A stretch of DNA of 63,681 nt, the filler included. It is 17 parts of 17 records of this genome, joined end to end, with 100 filler letters (N's around TTAATTAATTAA, not from the genome) between each part and the next. Parts side by side here need not be neighbours in the genome. Positions count along the whole stretch, not along the records: positions 1 to 2,728 come from SRR9188676_2145; positions 2,829 to 5,662 come from SRR9188676_2149; positions 5,763 to 11,336 come from SRR9188676_2156; positions 11,437 to 13,698 come from SRR9188676_2159; 13 more parts are not named here. The stretch is one strand, 5' to 3'. Positions 1 through 11,655 of this stretch are shown piece after piece. A program made the position numbers and the translations under genes. Position 1 is the stretch's first letter. Each line of letters opens with the position of its first letter. The notes beneath the pieces were generated by a model. The model saw nothing but the letters and a program-made list of their open reading frames with translations, ran no database searches and was not told the origin of the DNA.

Positions 1-418
1 GAGAAAGGAGGTGAATAGGAGATGAACGTCGAAATCGAAAACCCGCGGGGTGCTGGTCAATTTAACATGAGTTTGAGCGAATAGTATTAGTGGAGTAAAC
101 TGAGAATCGTCAGCTTGGAAAGAAATATGTATCAACGTCCAAGAAGTTGAGAGTTATTTGGACATCATGAACACTGGACATGTGACATGATGAGGAAATG
201 AGAATGGCCATCAGATTCGGCTCGAAAACGGATCGTAGCCTCATATTTAGACGCAAATAATCTATTGCCAATAAAACTAGGAGAGTCAATCGTTCATCTT
301 CCAAAATCCGATTTTCTACAGCATCCCTGTCAACACGTCACTAAGAAACGCGAGGAGGAAGACTCAAAAGTATGAACGAGAGAGAAGGAGAGAGAGAGCG
401 AGAGAGAGCGAGTAATAC

Positions 419-1390
419 CTGGCGAGTGGGCATGAGCAGAGGGGGTCTGAGCGGATCGAGGCCGACCAGCCCCACTGTGATCTGCGAGGGGCGAGATAAC
501 ATATGAATCCGAGAGCGCGCTCGGGGATGGCGTGCGGGGTGCTACAGTATGGGGGATGGCACTGTTTGCTTGCAAGGGGGACATACTCGCTCCTGATTTC
601 ACGGGGACATAGGACCCCGGATGGTGGTCCAACATGGTCTGTGATGATGGTGGCTGGTGGGACGCTGTGCGCATTAGGCCTAGGGATGTGTGCGGTCGGG
701 GATATTCCGGCACCGAGCTCAAGTGGGCAGTTGAGAACGAGGAGGATGTCGCGGGAGGGGGAGGGTAGGTCGGGGAGAGTGGGTTGGAGGAGTGCATTGA
801 GTTTGATGAAGAGGGAGGTGGAGGCAACGCGCCATTCACATAGAACAATGTAGGAGCTTGGCCGAGTACAAAGGAGTGTGCAATGGTTTGTCGACGGCAC
901 ATGCAAAGGCGTGACTGTCATCCATTCAGCAGGAGGGTGAGTCTCGGGGAAATGGATTGCAGGATCAACGAAGAGGAATAGAGAGAGCGAAAAGAGAGAC
1001 ATACTTTACATTTAGAGCAAACAGGTCCACGACGGTGTAATGTCTGTCCTGAAACAGTTGCATCGAGTTTTGTGTCGTGAGGGATGGAGACAATCTTGGT
1101 TTCAAGTGGTGCAGGAGAAACATCTTGAGGAGATTTCTCCATGTCAAGAATAATTTGCGGCACCGGCAGAGAGGGAAATAGATACTATAAGCAGAGCACC
1201 GAGCATCAGTAACAATCAATGCGCAGGGAAGGATATGATTTACCGATTTCGGCTGGTTTTGTAATCTTTGAGTTTTGACGGGAGGGGTGGTGCCATTCCG
1301 GCGAATCAATAGTTGTTGCTGTCCATTCGGAAAGCTATACTTGCCTTGAGCAAGCACAGAGTGCTTCCCTGGAGGAACAGCCGCTGACAT
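419..1390 (-). CDS. Hypothetical Pro/Ser-rich protein with a CxxC..CxC motif (spliced, 3' incomplete)
   Basis: ATG at 1390. GT-AG splicing joins MSAAVPP..NQPKS|VPQIILD..RGPVCSKCK|SRLCMCRRQT..AHSP, with a donor at 418. Confidence 0.5.
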
Positions 1391-1677
1391 GGCTCGATCA
1401 CCTCCGCCAGGAGATTGAATATTCAATCAGCTCCACAAGAAATGAAAATATCGAGCAAGTTACAGTGTTAGCAAAGGATAATCTCGAACTCTAACTGGAA
1501 ATTCAGGCCAGAAATATCAATGAAAGGAGCCAGTTTGATCGATAGCCTTTTAGAAACCCCTCGGGACTTAATTTACGTCCACATGTCAACTTTCAACCGT
1601 TACTAAATACTGTCGGTTGCCTTCTTGGCGAGCTTCTTCTAATTTCTCCATTTGCACGTGTTCGAATGTTTTAAATC

Positions 1678-2728
1678 ATGCTTGACCAAGATGGTGATTC
1701 ACAATCTGACACAGATGCAAAATATCACCTTGAAGGCTATCTCTGGAAAAGAGGGGGCAACATCAAGTCCTGGAAGTACAGGTGGTTCGTGCTGAAGGGC
1801 TCCACATTAACCTATTTCAAGAGTCAGGTATATAAATCTATCACCATCTCATACAATTTCCCTCCTCATCCTTTGGAACCACTCCAACATGCAGGGGGGT
1901 GAAGAGATTCGAGCAATCGATCTCAGAGGCTGCGGGGTGATGGAGTTTCAAGGTCGTTCCAAGAAAGGAACGTATGGTTTTGTCATTCGAACATACTCTT
2001 CTTGCAATAAGAGACCAGACTATGTATTGGGGGCACTGACAGTCCCAGGGAGAGATACGTGGATTGCTACCCTGAAAAAAGCAGGAGAACAGGAACAATT
2101 GCCCCCCGTATTGCGAATCGAGCCACCTGTGAATAAGGAACTAAGTCCATCTCTTTCTCCTACTGATCCTCGTTATGAAGAGTCCTTTGGCAGTAGGGTA
2201 AGTATCTGGTGTTATGGAATGGAATGCATGATTTGAACCGTTTCGTTTCTGTTCTTGTAGCTCCCCAAGGCAGGCTCCTCTGGTAATTTCTCCCCTAAGA
2301 GAATATCGATGAAACTCAAAGGTATTGCGTCGGGCCTACCCAGTGCAAAAATAACACTTCTTTGAACTTATTCAGCTCTGGCTGATCGATGTTAGAGAAG
2401 ATTCAATCATCTTTCCAGTCACAATAACCAACTGAGAGTGTATTTCATTGATATTCTGTGATATTCAAATTCAAGAACTCTTTTGATTTCCCACTCCCCA
2501 CCATTTTCATCAATTCGCTTGACTTTGAATGGGTTTCGCCTCATCGAACCTGGGAACAAGAAAATGTATATCTGTCATACCATTTCATGGCGGACCCCCC
2601 CTCTCTATCTCTTTCTCTCTCTCACTCATACACAAACACACACACTCGCACTTCTTCATTTACCTTTCTTTGAATGAATGTGCATAGGCCTGTACTCCCG
2701 GCTTGACGAAGAGACCGAAAGCAAACCA
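1678..2728 (+). CDS. PH-domain protein (spliced, 3' truncated)
   Basis: Exons 1678-1827, 1895-2197, 2261-2321, 2376-2390 and 2688-end. EGYLWKRGGNIKSWKYRWFVLKGSTLTYFK and the C-terminal helix RDTWIATLKKA are classic PH motifs. Confidence 0.88.
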
Positions 2729-2828
2729 NNNNNNNNNNNNNNNNNNNNNNNNNNNNNNNNNNNNNNNNNNNNTTAATTAATTAANNNNNNNNNNNNNNNN
2801 NNNNNNNNNNNNNNNNNNNNNNNNNNNN
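2729..2828. other. Artificial contig spacer (first of 16)
   Basis: N44-TTAATTAATTAA-N44, which puts stops in all six frames. Identical spacers at 5663-5762, 11337-11436, 13699-13798, 17489-17588, 20412-20511, 24097-24196, 26459-26558, 30250-30349, 33533-33632, 35929-36028, 46592-46691, 49808-49907, 52316-52415, 56989-57088 and 60333-60432. Confidence 0.99.
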
Positions 2829-3289
2829 TCACAAATTTCCAAAAAAGCACCTCCTATGGGGAACCTGCGAATGCAAGACCGGTCCCGGTGAGGGGAGCAA
2901 GCTAAAACTCCAGGCACAGGATGATAATTCTTTGTGTTGGGGTAAAACCTGATCACCTCGACCAGCGCGAAACACAATCCAGGGGCGAGATTTGCGTATC
3001 GCAACATAAATCCTGATAAAAAGTGCAAATGGACGGAGGGCAGGTAATTCTGATGCTCAGATTTTTTTTTGGCTTTCATGACCGTTCATGAGTGCGATAA
3101 CCCAAACCTCAGTTACCATTCGAAATCTTTGAGAACATTGAGGCGGACAAAAAAACATAACCAAAAAAAAGGACGAACCCAAGTCTCGACAAAAAAACGA
3201 AAAAGATGTCTGCTTGCGAAACTGCAAAAAGTTACTCTAAGGGGGTGTCGGACCCCACTATTTAGATTCCGGACTGTGTTTCAGCGCAC

Positions 3290-5308
3290 CTGAACGCCCG
3301 TGAGGATGTGAGTAGCGCCGTGCACTTTGCCGAACGAGCCCTTGCCGATCTCGTTGTGGAACTCATACATATCGAGGTCCTTGACCCCCCCGAGCCCGAG
3401 TGCCTTGCTCACGCCCCCTCCGTTTCGAAGCCTCTTCACGAGCTCCTTGCGCTTGTCCTCCATCATACGCGTCACATTGGGTGTCACGCTGACTGTCACT
3501 GATGCCGACGTGCTGGGGACAATCTTGCCCTGTCCATAGATTGAGTGGAATAAAATAAGTGAAAGAAGTATCGCTGGAAATGCATGAACTGGATAGATCG
3601 GCAATAAAAGCGAACAAGTTCGTGTCCAGATGAAGACAAGGAAGGAAGCACAAGAACATGCATCATTCTCACTCACCTGCGCCTGAGCCTGTGCCAGCGC
3701 CTGTGCCTGAGCTTGTGCTTGTTGTGAGGGGGTGAGAGCCGAGTTGGTACTCTGCCCATTGCTGCTGTCCTGGATGACTTGGTCTTGGCCTTGGCTTTGG
3801 CTTTCTTGCCAGCGTTTTGAGCGCGCCTCGCGGTCGGGATCCTCAGGCCTGTCGAAGTCTGAGTCCTGGACATTCGACTCCATGTGCGGTGTCTTTTCGT
3901 CCATCACGAGCTCCCTCTCTCGTCTCTCTTGTTCTTCGCGCTCCAATCTGGCCCTTTCTTCCTTCTCCTCTCTCTCCTTTCTTTCTCTCTCTTCCTTTTC
4001 TCGCTTCTCTCTTTCCTCTTTCTCCTTCTTTTCCCTCTCGAGTCGCAGCTTTTCCTCCTTCTCTCGTTTTTCTTTCTCTTCCCTCTCCTTTCTTCGTCTT
4101 TCTCGGTCCTCTTTTTCTTTTCGTTCTCTTTCTTCCCTTTCCTTTTTATCCTTATCTTCTTTTTCCTTCCGCTCTCTTTCGAGGCGTAATCTTTCCTCTC
4201 TCTCCTTTTCCTCTTTTTGTTTGCGATATTGCTCGATCTTCTCTTTTCTTTCTCGTTCCTCTTTCTCCTTTCTGTCTTTCTCTTCTTTCTCTTTCCTCTC
4301 TCGTTCTTCCCTCTCTCTTTTCTCCTTTTCCATTTGTTCCATTTTCAGTTTCTGTCGCCTCTCTTTCTCCCTCCTCTCCTTCTCTTCAAGCTCCAATCTC
4401 TCCTTTTCCTTTCTTTCCATTTCCAGACTGAGTTTTTTCTCGAGCTCCAGCTGTACGCGGAGCTTTTCTGCCTTTTCCTTCTCCTCGCGCTCCCTTTCTC
4501 GTTCCAATCTCCGCTTTTCCTTCTCTATTCGCTCATCTTCAGCTGAAGTCCTTTCTCTGGGTGATTTTGAAGATAAGACTTTCTCTGAGAGATCGGAGTC
4601 CTTATGGGTGATTTGAGAAGTATCTGAGATCTGTCGTGAGGAAGCTTCTGTGGGTGGAGAAGTTCTCGTTTTCATGTCTATGGAATCTGATGGAGCTCGA
4701 CCATCGTCGGGTTTCGTCCTTTGGGTATCTGAGTGAGCCTGGCTGTTCTTTGAATATATGTCTGTTGGGGTGCTGTCAGAGTCCCATCCAATTGACTCTG
4801 AGGAGAGGGTTGCTCTGACGTCTGCATTTCTTGGTTCTTTGAGATAAGTGGTGGTGGTCGATGATGTGATTCGTGTTGTGCTGATATGATGCAGACTGGT
4901 ATCCTCAGGGCGGATTTGTTGATCTGGAATTTGACTATCTCTGTGAATTTCAAAATCCGAATCTGCATCGAGGTGCGGATCGGATTTTCGATCAGTGATG
5001 CTCGAATTCGGCATGGATATTATCTGTGCTTTGATGGGTTCGGATTCGGTTGTGGTTGAGCTGGCTTGTGTCTTTGCAAATGAGGAGTGCAGATCATCGC
5101 GCTCGGGAATCAAAGATGACTTCTTTTGAGGAGTCCAGCTGATCGATGAAGATGAGTCTCGGAGAACATTGGGAGGGGATCGAGGGGGGGATTGCGGTGG
5201 TGTGGGGATTTGATGTATACTTGAGATCTTAGGGGTAGTATGGTCTTGGATCGAAACCTGTTGTGAGGGCTTGGTTGTTTCCGATGCAGATACTTCATCA
5301 GCTTCAAC
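3290..5308 (-). CDS. Ser/Thr protein kinase (CAMK/AMPK-like N-lobe start) with a long Ser-rich region and ER/K-rich helix; partial
   Basis: Exons ~3677-5308 and 3290-~3530. YEFHNEIGKGSFGKVHGATHILTGVQ contains the Gly-loop; about 200 aa of E/R/K repeats lie upstream. Confidence 0.75.
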
Positions 5309-5872
5309 CTGAAAGAAAGCAAACATCCAGAGACAAAGATGAGATTTCTCAGCTTTGGTCTGAAGCTCAGTGTGTACGTACAAACTGTTTCCCAAAGAGT
5401 AGAAATATATGGAGATATAATACAAAAGTAATACAAAAATATTGATCGACACAAACTCAAAGCTGTCTGTTTCTCATCTTGGTCAGGGAAATGAGCATCA
5501 CACCATCCCAAGGTAATGGCATCTGCTTGAAGTCCAAATTTCAAGTTTTGGCGCTAATTATTAGGAATGTAAAATAGAGAAAAGAGAGACTCTAGATTGG
5601 ATGTAAAGAGCAATAAGTATGCAAAACACGAACCAGATCTCAACACAGCGACGTGGCGCAGTNNNNNNNNNNNNNNNNNNNNNNNNNNNNNNNNNNNNNN
5701 NNNNNNTTAATTAATTAANNNNNNNNNNNNNNNNNNNNNNNNNNNNNNNNNNNNNNNNNNNNAGAGAGTTGGAGAGTGGTCGTCGTGGAGGGGGTCCAAA
5801 GGAGAGAGGAAATAAAAGTCTAATCTCAATGGTAGAGATAGTAAGTAATCCATGAATGCATGAATGACGAAC

Positions 5873-7903
5873 CTGCACAGACACCGGACAAAATTTCAAT
5901 ATGATCACGGGTGGACAGGGTTGCGGTCTGGTGACTGAGCTGGATGAGATGGTCCACATCCCCCGTGAGCGACCTGGCGCACGCATCGCACACATTGTTG
6001 AATGACAGTGCTGCAGCCGCGGTCACGTCCTTGATGTTCAGCCCCCCAATCACATACCTGCACGCCCCGCATAGCACAAAGTGCCGTGTTCAGTAGGAAA
6101 GTATGAAGAGTTGGATGCGGCAAACAACAAGAGGCATCGCAGTGCCGTGAGAGAATAAATAAATAAATAAGCTCATATAAATAAGCGCATAATGGATAAA
6201 AGATAAAATATACTGATCTGAGAGAATTAATACATAAAATTAGAAATAAATCGAAAGTAATAAAAGAGGGAGAAGAGTCCTTCGAAATCAAAAAAAATAC
6301 GAATTGTGTGAATATGGAACAGTAGATGAGATAGGATAAAGAGAGGGACGCACTGCAGAATCTTCACGAGGTCATTCGGCAACAACGGGATCCAATCCGC
6401 GTATCTGCCGAGTGCGAGCGTGGTGGTGTATCTGAGCAGGGAGTGCGGGGGCAGGCGGTCCAGCACGGCAACCAGCGTGCGCACCACAGAGGGGTCATCC
6501 TTCGGGCAGTGGTGCACGAGGGACCGCAGGGCAAACAGTGCTGCTTCAATGGGCTGCCAGTCATCCAATTGCGCGTTATATTGGTTCAATGTGTTTTGTA
6601 GCGCTTGCAGCACAATCTCGAAGCAAGCTTTGGGTTGCAGTACGAGACAGGTATTGTTTAGAATGTCGGCGCAATTGTAGCGGAACTTTCTAAAATCGTC
6701 CTTGAGATCCTCCGCGAGGGAATCATATTCTTTGCCAAATTGGAGGTGGCGGAGTATGATGGAAACGAGTTGGGCAAAGAAGGGCTGGAATGGTCTCATT
6801 TTCTGTTCGTCAAATGGAAGTTGCTGATTGCTCATGTGAGATGCCTTGGAGAAACCTCCTGGAGGATAGCGCAAACCGGTGGCAAGAGAGTCCCAGAAAT
6901 GGAATGGAATGGATGCAACATCTGGGTCTAAATGATCTGTGCATTCTAGAATCAGCTGAATGACAGGCAATGCTACAGCATGACCGTCCTGAATCATCGA
7001 CATGTAGCTCTCTCCCATTTCGGTGAAAATACGGCAAAGTCCGCGGCATTTTTCCTCATCCTCGCTTTGGACGGCCTGCCTGTATAGAGGTTGTAGTTCC
7101 ATGATTTTGGGGATCACGAATTGGACAATCGGTGTCATGCGTTGCACATCTTCAGACTGGCGCAAGAGGCCCGTGACCACATCCAGGGCTGCATCGAATA
7201 GCGGCTCAAATCGCATCGCCTCAAATGCACTAGGTAATAAAGGTGACTGCATGAGGATTTCAGGAGAGAAATTGACACAATACAGCCACGATGCGAAACA
7301 TTCAAAGATGCGGGTCTGCAGCTCAGTGTTGCTCTGACTTTGCTGCAGAAAGGAATATAGCAATGCTAAGACACGAGGAGATGTGTTTTCGAGATCATTC
7401 ATGACAGCTCTGCGTCGCTTTTCTTTGACAGGGATTCGGGTTGAAGTCGTTTCCTCCGGCAAAACAGTGAAAACTTGTAAGAGGACCTGACACATGTCAC
7501 TTCTGTCCATGTATCGTGATAGCAAGGAGCCAGGAAGATCGCTCCACTCCTCCATCTGAATCCCCAGGGCAGATAAGGCCAGAGATAGTTGTACAATGAC
7601 TGCAGGCTTGCCATCTTTGAATTTCTCAAGCACTTGGAAGAGGCTATCGCGCAGCTGCGGCATTACAGTTTTAGGGAGCTGATAGATATCATATTTGCAC
7701 TTCGTATGGATGGTCTGGGCGGCAAAATACTGAGCTTCTTCGGGGATACCTTGCGTGTGAAGAATCTGATCAGCGATCTGCCATGCCTCAGGGGTTTCTT
7801 GGAATTTCTTCAGCCATTTATCGGCTTCACCTTTAACATTATTATCGGGATGATGATATAGTGCCTTGATCGCCTCAAGCACATGCGGTGGACTGATTTC
7901 CAT
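5873..7903 (-). CDS. TNPO3: Transportin-3/Mtr10 (importin-beta family), 3' truncated
   Basis: Motifs ALYHHPD..ADKWLKKFQETPEAWQIAD, YFAAQTIHTK, LPEE, GLCRIFTEMGES, WQPIEAALFALR and GRYADWI. A further exon lies at 5873-~6057. Confidence 0.9.
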
Positions 7904-8067
7904 GTCCTTTCCCTGAGCTACAGTCCTGATCAGAAGAGGTGAAAAATATGAACACTTCTCCTGACCAAAAAACAAATTCAAACTTGGAAACCTTGGCAAC
8001 CTCTGTGGCAGCTGCTCTCCCCGCGGATTATGATTTTTTTTTCGATTTGCTTGCTGAATATCTCCTT

Positions 8068-9871
8068 ATGGAGACGGATTATCGAGGTTAATTGTTGCAG
8101 AATTCATCCACATGCTTTGTTCTGACAGCTTCTTATGCAGATTGTATCGAGAGACAATTTGATCTCTTATTTCAGGAGATAGTCAACCCATGCTCTCATC
8201 TTTATACGAATCATCCACGGATTCTGCCGCCCACACAGCACACTCAAGAGAATGAGGCAAATGAGGTCTCATCCAAACAACAATCAGATGAGCCCGTCAT
8301 CGAAATCGAACCTCAGCCCCAGCCCGAACTCCACCCGCATTCTGATTCAGAAATGAGCTCTCGTTCAGAGAGTGAATCGACCGATTCCAGTACATCTAGT
8401 TGCTGCTTTTGCAAACAACTTCGCAGCGATTGGAAATTGATTCGACTTGACATGATTCGTCTGTGACCCGTTTGCTTTTTCCCCGCAATGTTTCTGATGT
8501 GTTGACGGGTAGATAAGAGTGCTCATGAGAACTGCATTATATGGTGTCCTGAAGTATATTCGAAAGTTGATTCTGATGGGAAGGACGTTTGGGTCAATAT
8601 CAAACAAGCCTTTCGACGTGCTTCACAAATGGTACGCATCAGTGTTCTCTGCCTCCTACGTAGAGAGTACGACCTCAAATTCTGGATTTATCTCGAATTC
8701 TGGTCGAATGGGGCCACAAAGCAAAAAACTCCAACAGAATCCTTCTGTCCCACGACCAGAATATCAGAGATGACCAAAATTTGAGTCTGCACTCTAAATC
8801 AGCTTTTGACTAACTCGGAATGCAATCTAGTCCTGTGCGCATTGTGGTGCTCGTGGGGCTGCTGTTGGATGCATCAACCACCGCTGTCGCAGAAGCTACC
8901 ATTTTCCATGTGCAATACGTACGGAATCTCTCATAGAGTACAGTCGACTTGCAGAAATTGCAAGGGCCTGATCTAGGTTCTCATTCTATTTATTGAGTCG
9001 AATGTAGAAGAGTCCGGACCAGGACCATATGCACAAGTCTAAGGGTCGACTGTACTCCTTTTTCTCTTCTCGCATGCTGATCTCGATCTTTTCATACAGC
9101 GGGCGGCTGTCGGCTTGATAAAAAGCGATTCCATCTAGCTTGCCCAAATCATGAACTCCCGCCATCACAGGCAGCCTTGAAGGTATCGGACACTTTGAGC
9201 CTCTCTCTCTTCCTTGTCCTATATCTCTGTATCCCCCCCTCCACTTCGAATTCTCACTTTGAGATTCTATACCCTCTTCAGAAATCGCAAGCTGCCAGCC
9301 GAACCCCGCAAAATAGTATCAAAAAATCCAAGCCTCCAAAAAAGACGCCAAAATCTCCGCCGAATGATCGGCACGAAATCCAAGCGTCAGAATCTGAGAT
9401 GGATTCAAGAAATGAGACATCAGGTTCAATTTCCTCCTGCTTTGCCTTTCTTTCCGGATCATGACCTCACGTTTATCAACAATCTAACTAAATCTCCTCA
9501 CAGATAACACAGATACTGACCACGCTCGTGGAGCTGTCATCACCAAGAGACCATCAGCAACAACCCCACGGATTCCATCACCAGAAAGTGCACCAGATCC
9601 ACATCGTTCCGTTGACCGGCGACCAGCTCCACCTCACCAGGCTCCTCCCCCTCAGAAAAAGCGATCCATGAAGAGCGTTCTCTGCCCTGTGCCCATGAGG
9701 CCCCCTGTCCCTCATGTCCCTCCTCCAGCGCATGTTCCCACACCTCACATTCCCGCGCCGAGACCTGAGTCCCCTCCTCCAGAGCCAGAACTTCGGCCAC
9801 CCCTGAGTCCTCCGCCTGATTTTCATGATGTCAGTTTGGATGATGCTTTCTCCATCGCAATGTTCTCTTGA
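8068..9871 (+). CDS. Extended-PHD (zf-HC5HC2H) chromatin protein, PHF6/PHF11/RAI1-like domain
   Basis: Spliced product CCFCK..MIHKSAHENCIIWCPEVY..VNIKQAFRRASQM|SCAHCGARGAAVGCINHRCRRSYHFPCAI|PGGCRLDKKRFHLACPNH, then a Pro-rich tail ending at TGA 9871. The ORF track does not show it intact. Confidence 0.85.
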
Positions 9872-10641
9872 TCTTCACTGAAAGAGAATGGACAATGGAG
9901 AGAACACGTGGAGAACAGACAGAACACAACGAGATGATGCACATATTACGTGGTTACACCAGGCGTACCAGAAATTTCAAGATTTTAGACCTCCTCCTCC
10001 TCTGTAATCTTTGGACCCACCTTTTGCTTATATAAGATGTGATGACCCCAAGAAGGATCGTTTACGATCCGTATATTCATTTCAAAATTGGAGAAATTTA
10101 TTTCCATCATATTCAACCGAGAATAGTTGTACGAGTCTTTTGAATGATCATCATTTCAAGACTCCAGATGAAGTATTTATAGAATAAATTGCATTAAACT
10201 TTTGCTTCAACAGATGTAAGACTTAATTTGAGGCAAGTCGTAGAGTGGATGATACCGACATACACCTGCATACACCATTGAATCTACATGAATCAGGTTC
10301 ACTAAACACACCTGCAACACACCGTATCAATTCAAATGACGAAGCGCTTCGAATAGTGCTGCTGGGCCAAAAAATGAAAACAAAAAATGAAATCGAGCAG
10401 CCTGCAGTAGAATTCGAAGACCTCCGCATGGAGCTCAAAGAAGAGAAATACCGTGACGGGGGGTCGACTTGGAAATACAGTACAGCAACAGGACACTATT
10501 CGAATCAATATGGTGTATGGTAACCAGAGGTGAGTCAGATAACCCATTCCAAGCAATGTTTAGAGGACTCCTCTCGAGAACAAAATGAGGACTAACGTGT
10601 GACAAACCCCGCAAAGCCAACCAAGAGAAACCCCCACTATT

Positions 10642-10925
10642 CTAACCGGTTTGCACGGGTATATTCTTGGCAACCCAATCATGGGGGTAGCCCTTGATAG
10701 TGCCGTAATATGTCGTCCTCACATGCCACACATATACTTCGTAGCCTAGGAATTGAACATCTGCTCTGCCCACGCCGAGCTCGGCCAAAAAGTCTGTTTC
10801 CATCCACCCATCCAGCGCGTCCCACTCGAAAATAACGTCACGGTCGAAAATCAGCTCGGACCGAAATGCGAATCCAGCCATATCCAGCGCAAACTCGCGA
10901 TCCGCCCTCCAGCCAGAATGCCAGC
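10642..10925 (-). CDS. GT43 beta-1,3-glucuronosyltransferase-like protein, terminal exon
   Basis: GWHSGW..REFALDMAGFAF..GWMETDFL..VYVWHVRT matches the GT43 RPFPIDMAGFA/GYQES/VWHTRT motifs. The acceptor AG lies just upstream of 10925. Confidence 0.85.
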
Positions 10926-11655
10926 CTATAGTACAAAGAAGGTCATGACGGAAGAGAAAGAAAAATGAGAACTGAGAAGAAAGAAGCCTCCTGATGGGAT
11001 GCATTACTGATCAGACAATATCCAGTCCGGGGACCGCCCCGCCCGTCAGATTTCGCAGACAATTCAAATGAGACTTACAGACTGACAGGATCACATCAAA
11101 ATTCAAGAAAAAAAAAGTGAGAAAAGATGAATGTGGATAGCTTGATTTTTTTTAAAAAAAAAATAAAAATAAGCTGATAATTAAATAAAGGATGGGTAAT
11201 CGACTCTATTATCATCGTTCCTCGATCGAACATTTTCCAATTCGGTCTCCGTCCTTTGAGTAAAGAATGACGAGAAAGGGGTGCAGGGGAGGGCGGGGCG
11301 GGGGGCGGGGGGGGGAGAAAGAGAGAGAGAACACAANNNNNNNNNNNNNNNNNNNNNNNNNNNNNNNNNNNNNNNNNNNNTTAATTAATTAANNNNNNNN
11401 NNNNNNNNNNNNNNNNNNNNNNNNNNNNNNNNNNNNGGGGGGGGGTTCAACCCTGAAGTAAAAACTGCGACATTCGTGAACCAATGAAACCCCCTGTATC
11501 TAGATCCTGTGTCCAAATCACACAAGCAAAAGATATTTATGTAGGGAGGGTATACATCTGGTCAGATCTGAAAGCTTGAAAATGCCGTGACATTTTTGCG
11601 CGGTCATCCTCTTTCCTCTTTCCACTAGTCAGCATTGCTCTTGCTCCATATTTCA

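Noticed and set aside
2729-2828. Recurrent TTAATTAATTAA as a biological repeat, and ORFs containing X runs
   Set aside because: It is a synthetic linker embedded in fixed N runs, so adjacency of contigs carries no meaning.
3732-4616. Long plus-strand Ser/Phe/Leu-rich ORFs
   Set aside because: They are antisense shadows of the purine-rich ER/K region.
10245-10523. 92-aa ORF between the ePHD and GT43 genes
   Set aside because: No ATG start, clear splice context or motif.
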